A stretch of DNA of 37,590 bases from an uncultured Oscillospiraceae bacterium (GTDB lineage: Bacteria > Bacillota > Clostridia > UMGS1810), in NCBI GenBank assembly GCA_964606825.1, contig CAZSIY010000001.1, positions 1 through 37,590 on the forward strand. Reading direction: 5' to 3'. Position numbers and translations under genes: made by a program. Under the pieces are notes generated by a model. That model made no database searches. It saw only the letters and a list, made by a program, of their open reading frames with translations, and was not told the DNA's origin. How positions within the stretch are numbered: the stretch's first letter is position 1; each line of letters starts with the position of its first letter. Of this stretch, positions 32,506-37,590 are shown one piece after another.

Positions 32506-32862
32506 ATGGCTTTTAACAGATTGGAAAGAATTAAAGAAGAAATGAAACGCGAAATGTCGTCAATTATTCGCGAGCTCAAAGACCCGCGCATGTCGCCCAT
32601 GGCAAGCATTGTTGCGGCAGACGTGAGCAAAGATTTAAAGTATGCCAAAATCTATGTGTCGGTAATGGGCACCGAAGAGGAAAAAAGCGATACTATGGCG
32701 GCTCTTAAAAGCGCCACGGGATTTATAAAGCGCGAAATAGGCAATCGCCTTAATTTAAGATGCGTGCCTCACCCCACTTTTGTGCTTGACAACACCATTG
32801 ATTACGGTATGCACATAAACGACATTATTCACAAAATAAATGCCGGCGGTGACGAAAAATGA
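32506..32862 (+). CDS. rbfA: Ribosome-binding factor A
   Basis: RLERIKEEMKREMSSIIRELKDPR...YAKIYVSV signature. Conserved position after infB. Confidence 0.9.
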   Translation: MAFNRLERIKEEMKREMSSIIRELKDPRMSPMASIVAADVSKDLKYAKIYVSVMGTEEEKSDTMAALKSATGFIKREIGNRLNLRCVPHPTFVLDNTIDYGMHINDIIHKINAGGDEK

Positions 32863-33809
32863 GCCTTTCTGCCATTGCCGAAGTGATAAAAAATAACAAT
32901 AATTTTGCAATTGCCGTCCATGTAAATCCCGACGGCGATTGCTTGGGCTCTGCCGCCGCGCTTTGCGATACCTTGCATCTTATGGGTAAAAATGCGCAAA
33001 TCGTGTCGGAAAGTCCTATTCCGGAGAGGCTTGCGTTTATAGTAAACCCCGAAAGCGTAAGAAAATCGCTTGAAAATTGCGATGTTTGCATAGCGGTGGA
33101 CGTGGCATCAAAAGAAATGATGGGTTCCGTGTACGAAAGCACGTTTTTATCGGCAAAAACCACTTGCTGTATAGATCACCACGGCACAAACGAAGGCTAT
33201 GCCGACTGTAACTTTATAGATGCGGTATCTTCCGCCGCGGGTGAGCTTGTTTATTTGCTCACAGCGGGGGAGCTTAAATTGCTCTCCGACAAGGGCGCAA
33301 TGTTCCTCTATGCGGCAATTGCAAGTGATACGGGAAGTTTCCGCTATTCAAACACAACTTCAAGAACCCATTTTATAGCTTCAAAACTTCTTGAAAAAGA
33401 TTTTGATGCGCCGCTTGTTATGCGAAAATTATTTGAAGTGAAAACTTTAAATCAGTTGAAACTCAAAAGCGACGTTGTTTCAAATTTGCGTTTTTGCTTT
33501 GACGGTAAGGTGTGTATTTGCACTCTCGATAAAAAAATGCTCGACAAATATTCCATGAATTTTGAAGATGCCGACGATTTGGCATCGCTTCCGCGCTCAA
33601 TTGAGGGTGTTGAAGTTGGCGTTTTTGTGAAAGTAAAGGGCGAAAACGAAGTAAAAGTGAGCCTGCGCTCCAATGCGTGCGTAAATGTAGCTCAAATTGC
33701 CGCAAATCTCGGCGGCGGCGGTCATATCCGCGCGGCAGGTGTTACAATTTTTGCAAACAGCGAAACCGCAGAGAAAAAAATATTGGACGAATTAGAAAAA
33801 GTGATGTGA
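32859..33809 (+). CDS. nrnA: DHH/DHHA1 family phosphoesterase (NrnA-like oligoribonuclease / pAp phosphatase)
   Basis: HVNPDGDCLGSA, IDHHGTN, SDTGSFRYSNT and GGGGHIRAAG motifs. ATGA overlap with rbfA. Confidence 0.8.
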   Translation: MSLSAIAEVIKNNNNFAIAVHVNPDGDCLGSAAALCDTLHLMGKNAQIVSESPIPERLAFIVNPESVRKSLENCDVCIAVDVASKEMMGSVYESTFLSAKTTCCIDHHGTNEGYADCNFIDAVSSAAGELVYLLTAGELKLLSDKGAMFLYAAIASDTGSFRYSNTTSRTHFIASKLLEKDFDAPLVMRKLFEVKTLNQLKLKSDVVSNLRFCFDGKVCICTLDKKMLDKYSMNFEDADDLASLPRSIEGVEVGVFVKVKGENEVKVSLRSNACVNVAQIAANLGGGGHIRAAGVTIFANSETAEKKILDELEKVM

Positions 33810-33813
33810 CAAA

Positions 33814-34707
33814 ATGGCAGATTTAAACGGCATAGCCGTTGTTTACAAGGAAAAAGGATATACCTCGCATGACGTTGTAAGCGTTATGAGAAAAATTTTG
33901 CAAACTTCGAAAATCGGGCATACGGGCACCTTGGATCCCAATGCCGAAGGCGTTCTTCCCGTGTGTGTGGGCAAAAGCACAAAACTTGCCGACATGCTTA
34001 CCTTTTCCGACAAGGAGTATGTGGCAAAAGTAAAACTCGGCTTGGAAACCGATACTTACGACATTTGGGGCGATGTAACGGGTGAAAGCGAGCATATTGT
34101 AAAAAAAGACGAGCTTTTGAGCGCAATTGGAAAATATACAGGAGAGATTGAACAGCTTCCGCCCATGTACAGCGCAATAAAAATAAACGGAAAAAAGCTC
34201 TACGAACTTGCCCGAAAAGGAATTGAAGTGGAGCGAAAACCGCGAAAAGTTACAATTTATGATTGTGAGCTTTTAAGTTTCGACGGTTCGGAGTTTGAAA
34301 TAAGGGTGAGCTGCTCAAAGGGCACCTACATTCGCTCCCTTTGCCACGATATAGGCAAAACCTTGGGTTGCGGCGCGTGTATGACGAGCCTTATAAGAAC
34401 AAAATCATCGGTTTTTGATTTAAAATCCGCAAAAACTTTGGATGAAATAAGAGCTCTTGTAGAAAAAAACGGTGCCGCTTCGGTTTTAATGCCGCCGGAC
34501 AGCGTGTTTGAAGATTATCCCAAAATAAATGTTACCGAAGCCGTTAAAAAAAGGCTTTTAAACGGTGCTTTGTCACGCATTGAAGCACCGCTGGGAAAAT
34601 ATCGCGCATACGCACCAAACGGCGAATTTGTGGGCATTACCGAAATTTTCGTGGGCGAAAAGGGCAATATTATAAAAATAGTAAAGGCTTTTTGCGAGCA
34701 GGTGTAG
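33814..34707 (+). CDS. truB: tRNA pseudouridine(55) synthase TruB
   Basis: NGIAVVYKEKGYTSHDVV...IGHTGTLDPNAEGVLPVCVG catalytic Asp motif, plus PPMYSAIKINGKKLYELAR. Confidence 0.93.
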   Translation: MADLNGIAVVYKEKGYTSHDVVSVMRKILQTSKIGHTGTLDPNAEGVLPVCVGKSTKLADMLTFSDKEYVAKVKLGLETDTYDIWGDVTGESEHIVKKDELLSAIGKYTGEIEQLPPMYSAIKINGKKLYELARKGIEVERKPRKVTIYDCELLSFDGSEFEIRVSCSKGTYIRSLCHDIGKTLGCGACMTSLIRTKSSVFDLKSAKTLDEIRALVEKNGAASVLMPPDSVFEDYPKINVTEAVKKRLLNGALSRIEAPLGKYRAYAPNGEFVGITEIFVGEKGNIIKIVKAFCEQV

Positions 34708-34708
34708 T

Positions 34709-35599
34709 ATGGTGAAAAGTGTAAAAAATGTAATAGCCATAGGTAAGTTTGACGGCGTGCACATCGGCCACCGCCGACTTATGGAAGAAGCCGCGAAAAT
34801 TGCTCGAAATTGCGATTTTAGCTCCCTTGTTTATATCATATCGCCGTCGGAATTCAAGAGCATCACCTCAAAGGAAAGCCGCGATGAAATAATTCGAGAA
34901 ATAGGCATAGACAGAGTAATATCCCAGCCTCTCACCGCGGAGTTCAAGGCACTTACGCCGCGGGAGTTTGCCGAAAATATTTTGGTTGAAAAGCTGAATG
35001 CCGCTCATGTAGTGGTGGGATATAACTTTAGGTTCGGCATAAACAGAAACGGAGATGCCGCACTTCTTTGCCGAATTTTAAAAGATTACGGTGTTAAGGT
35101 AACCGTAATAGAGAGCATCGACGTAAAAAATGCGTCGGGAGTTTTGGAACCCGTGAGCTCCACGAGAATAAGAAACCTTGTGGAAATGGGAGATATGCCC
35201 CTGACAAAAGAGTGCCTCGGCAGGTGGTTTTCAATGTGGGGCGTGGCATCATGTGGAAAGCACCTGGGCGCAAAGATAGGTTTTCCCACAATTAATTTTT
35301 ACCCCGAAAAAGATGAGCTTATTCCGCGCCGCGGAGTGTATGTTTCAAAAGTTCTTTTAGATGGCAAAAACTACGTGGGTATTACCAATGTGGGGCTTAA
35401 TCCCACGGTGGAAAGCGGGGAAAACATAAAGGTTGAAACGCATATTCCACTGCTCGAAGCGGGCGATTTGTACGGCAAAAAAGTAAAAGTGGAATTTGTT
35501 GAATACATTCGCTCGGAAACAAAATTCAAAAATGAACTTGAACTTAAAAATCAGCTTGAATGTGATAAAAAATACGCATTGTCAAAATTGATTGTTTAA
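34709..35599 (+). CDS. ribF: Bifunctional riboflavin kinase / FMN adenylyltransferase
   Basis: IGKFDGVHIGHRRL (FAD synthetase HxGH-type motif) and a C-terminal riboflavin kinase region (GFPTINF...GVY...NVGLNPT). Confidence 0.9.
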   Translation: MVKSVKNVIAIGKFDGVHIGHRRLMEEAAKIARNCDFSSLVYIISPSEFKSITSKESRDEIIREIGIDRVISQPLTAEFKALTPREFAENILVEKLNAAHVVVGYNFRFGINRNGDAALLCRILKDYGVKVTVIESIDVKNASGVLEPVSSTRIRNLVEMGDMPLTKECLGRWFSMWGVASCGKHLGAKIGFPTINFYPEKDELIPRRGVYVSKVLLDGKNYVGITNVGLNPTVESGENIKVETHIPLLEAGDLYGKKVKVEFVEYIRSETKFKNELELKNQLECDKKYALSKLIV

Positions 35600-35625
35600 A
35601 ATATATTAAATGGGAGGAATACAAA

Positions 35626-36450
35626 ATGAGTGAAGAATGTACACATGATTGCAGCAGTTGCTCGGCAAATTGCTCTTCAAGAGAAAAAGAAAGCCTTATC
35701 GAAAGCCTCAACCCGGCAAGCAGTGTAAAAAAAGTTATCGGCGTTGTAAGCGGTAAAGGTGGCGTGGGAAAATCCATGGTTACCGCTATGCTTGCGGTTT
35801 TGATGAAAAGAAAAGGTCTCAATACGGCAATTTTAGATGCCGATATAACAGGTCCCTCAATCCCAAAAGCCTTTGGAATAAAAGAAAGAGCGTATGCGGA
35901 TAATCGAGGCCTTATCCCCGTTTCGTCAAAAACGGGAATAGATATTATGAGCATAAACCTTTTGCTCGATGACGAAACAACTCCCGTTGTTTGGAGAGGT
36001 CCCGTAATTGCGGGCACAGTAAAGCAGTTTTGGACGGACGTAATTTGGGAAGACGTAGACTTTATGTTTGTGGACATGCCTCCGGGAACTGGCGATGTGC
36101 CGCTTACGGCGTTTCAGTCGCTTCCGGTAGACGGAATTGTAATTGTTACCTCGCCCCAACAGCTTGTTTCCATGATTGTTGAAAAGGCGGTAAATATGGC
36201 GAATATGATGAACATTCCGATTTTGGGAATAGTTGAAAATATGTCGTATTTTGAGTGTGACGAGTGCAACAAGCGCCACTATATCTACGGCGAAAGCCAT
36301 ATAAGCGAAATTGCCGAAAAATACGGCATAGACACAATTTGCCAAATTCCAATAGACCCGAAACTTGCCGGCGGTGCCGACGCGGGAATGATAGAGCTTT
36401 TTGACGGAAACTATCTCGATATACTTTCCGACAAAATCGAAAAATGCTGA
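35626..36450 (+). CDS. Mrp/NBP35 (ApbC-like) P-loop ATPase with a Cys-rich N-terminus
   Basis: Deviant Walker A SGKGGVGKS, DMPPGTGD, an FECDEC Cys pair and an N-terminal CTHDCSSCSANC. Confidence 0.85.
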   Translation: MSEECTHDCSSCSANCSSREKESLIESLNPASSVKKVIGVVSGKGGVGKSMVTAMLAVLMKRKGLNTAILDADITGPSIPKAFGIKERAYADNRGLIPVSSKTGIDIMSINLLLDDETTPVVWRGPVIAGTVKQFWTDVIWEDVDFMFVDMPPGTGDVPLTAFQSLPVDGIVIVTSPQQLVSMIVEKAVNMANMMNIPILGIVENMSYFECDECNKRHYIYGESHISEIAEKYGIDTICQIPIDPKLAGGADAGMIELFDGNYLDILSDKIEKC

Positions 36451-36483
36451 TAAATTCACAGTTTTCGGAAAGGAATTTTTGGT

Positions 36484-36954
36484 ATGACAAAAACAAATGC
36501 AATGCGAATTCTCGACAAAGCGAAAATAAAATACGACGTTATTGAATACGAAGTTGACGAAAACGATTTGAGCGGCGTAACAATTGCAAAAAAGGTAAAC
36601 CTTGATTGCAGTATGGTTTTTAAAACTCTTGTTGCAAAAGGTGATAAAACAGGCCCCGTGGTTATTTGCGTGCCCGTGGATAAGGAGATAAACTTAAAAA
36701 AAGTTGCCTCTGTAAGCGGCAACAAAAAGATTGAAATGGTTCACGTAAAAGACCTTCTCGGCCTTACAGGCTATATTCGCGGCGGTTGCTCGCCTGTGGG
36801 AATGAAAAAGAAATTTCCCACGTTTATAGACAGTTCCGCTCTGAATTTTGAAAAAATCACCGTAAGTGCAGGCATGAAAGGCGCCCAGCTTCTTTTAAAC
36901 CGCGCCGAGCTTGCCGATTTTGTTGAGGCAACGTTTAGCGAAATAACAGCGTAA
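36484..36954 (+). CDS. ybaK: YbaK/EbsC-type Cys-tRNA(Pro) deacylase
   Basis: TNAMRILDKAKIKYDVIEY...VFKTLV...GYIRGGCSPVGMKK signature. 156 aa. Confidence 0.85.
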   Translation: MTKTNAMRILDKAKIKYDVIEYEVDENDLSGVTIAKKVNLDCSMVFKTLVAKGDKTGPVVICVPVDKEINLKKVASVSGNKKIEMVHVKDLLGLTGYIRGGCSPVGMKKKFPTFIDSSALNFEKITVSAGMKGAQLLLNRAELADFVEATFSEITA

Positions 36955-36979
36955 GCGAAATAATGATTGTTTACATTTT

Positions 36980-37007
36980 GGCTCTCCTTACCTCAAGGGG
37001 AGCCTTT
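36980..37007 (+). terminator. Candidate terminator after ybaK
   Basis: 9-bp stem (one G-U pair) GGCTCTCCT (36980-36988) / AGGGGAGCC (36996-37004), then only TTT, so the U-tract is weak. Confidence 0.4.
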
Positions 37008-37091
37008 GGCATGGGTGAAATTTTTTCGCTCGTATCGACAAATCCCCACATTTTATTTGAATTTGCCGTATATTATTGTTAAAAACACTTA

Positions 37092-37120
37092 TTGAAAAAA
37101 ATCTCTTTTAGGTATATAAT
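37092..37120 (+). promoter_or_regulatory. Sigma-A promoter for the LytTR-domain gene
   Basis: TTGAAA (37092-37097), 17-nt spacer, TATAAT (37115-37120). Confidence 0.55.
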
Positions 37121-37147
37121 TAAACATGTAAAATCATTAAATCGGCG

Positions 37148-37590
37148 GTGAAAAAATTGCAAGGTCAAAACAGTTTAACCATATATTCCGGAAAGCGAAA
37201 GGTCTACATAAAAACAGAAAATGTGCTGTATGCTATAATGCACAAAAATGATGCCGAAATTCATGTTTTCGGCGGAAGTATATATAAAACAAGAATGACT
37301 TTTTCTCAAATAAGAGCCGCTTTTGACGATAATTTTATCACAATTCACCGTGGGTGCATAGTTTCGGCCATGGCTGTTCACGAAATTGCCGAAAAAGTGA
37401 TTTTAAACAACGGCGAAGCTCTTGCGTATTCCGCAAGAAGAAAAAAAGAAATCGTTGCAAAGCTCCATGATATTCAAAAGCGCTACATAAACAGTTTCAA
37501 CCGCTCAGGTATTCCGGCAAACGACGATGAATACAAAGAATATTATTCGAGTTTTGAAAACATGCCCTTTGCATTTGCGGATATTGAGCT
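37148..37590 (+). CDS. LytTR DNA-binding domain protein with the domain at the N-terminus (3' end lies outside the window)
   Basis: Not in the ORF track because it runs off the window. The frame is open from the TAA at 37121-37123. GTG at 37148 (TTG at 37157 is an alternative). YIKTENVLYAIMHKNDAEIHV...FITIHRGCIVSAMAVHEI matches the LytTR pattern. The antisense ORF 37175..37381 is a shadow of this gene. Confidence 0.7.
   Translation, partial: MKKLQGQNSLTIYSGKRKVYIKTENVLYAIMHKNDAEIHVFGGSIYKTRMTFSQIRAAFDDNFITIHRGCIVSAMAVHEIAEKVILNNGEALAYSARRKKEIVAKLHDIQKRYINSFNRSGIPANDDEYKEYYSSFENMPFAFADIE

Noticed and set aside
1-37590. Scan for CRISPR arrays, tRNA or rRNA genes, transposases, integrases or phage genes, and flanking direct repeats that would mark the 26-kb accessory block as a mobile island.
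   Set aside because: I could not find regularly spaced repeats, cloverleaf-like or rRNA-like sequence, or recombinase-like ORFs by eye. The only mobility-associated signatures are the TA modules at both borders. A computational repeat and tRNA scan would be needed to be definitive.

Overview
This 37.6-kb window comes from a low-GC Gram-positive chromosome that looks Clostridia-like; the species cannot be determined from the sequence alone. There are three blocks.

(1) Left edge: the 3' part of alanine racemase, followed by a mazE/mazF (ndoAI/ndoA-type) toxin-antitoxin pair behind a consensus sigma-A promoter. This is the same synteny as Bacillus subtilis alr-ndoAI-ndoA.

(2) An accessory block of about 26 kb (about 1.5-27.9 kb).
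- A small secreted protein.
- A minus-strand operon encoding a kinase-less sensor-module protein, a YesN-like REC-AraC response regulator and a YesM-like histidine kinase.
- A divergent, very long plus-strand gene string: a CUT1-type sugar ABC binding lipoprotein and two permeases (no ATPase gene), then seven large Sec-signal proteins. Two are paralogous clan GH-A-like glycosidases, three are SLH-domain wall-anchored proteins, and two are non-catalytic LamG/ConA-like multi-domain proteins.
- The block ends with a PF14907-like nucleotidyltransferase gene and a decayed MNT/HepT-type toxin-antitoxin remnant.

I read this block as a Gram-positive surface glycan capture and degradation locus. Its enzyme and lectin components have no recognisable anchoring device; a shared unassigned C-terminal module is the best candidate for one.

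(3) Right third: the housekeeping operon rimP-nusA-ylxR-ylxQ-infB-rbfA-nrnA-truB-ribF, extended by an Mrp/NBP35 ATPase and YbaK, and then the start of a LytTR-domain gene.

I saw no rRNA or tRNA genes, CRISPR arrays, transposases or integrases. All family assignments rest on motif recognition by eye and need HMM or structure confirmation.
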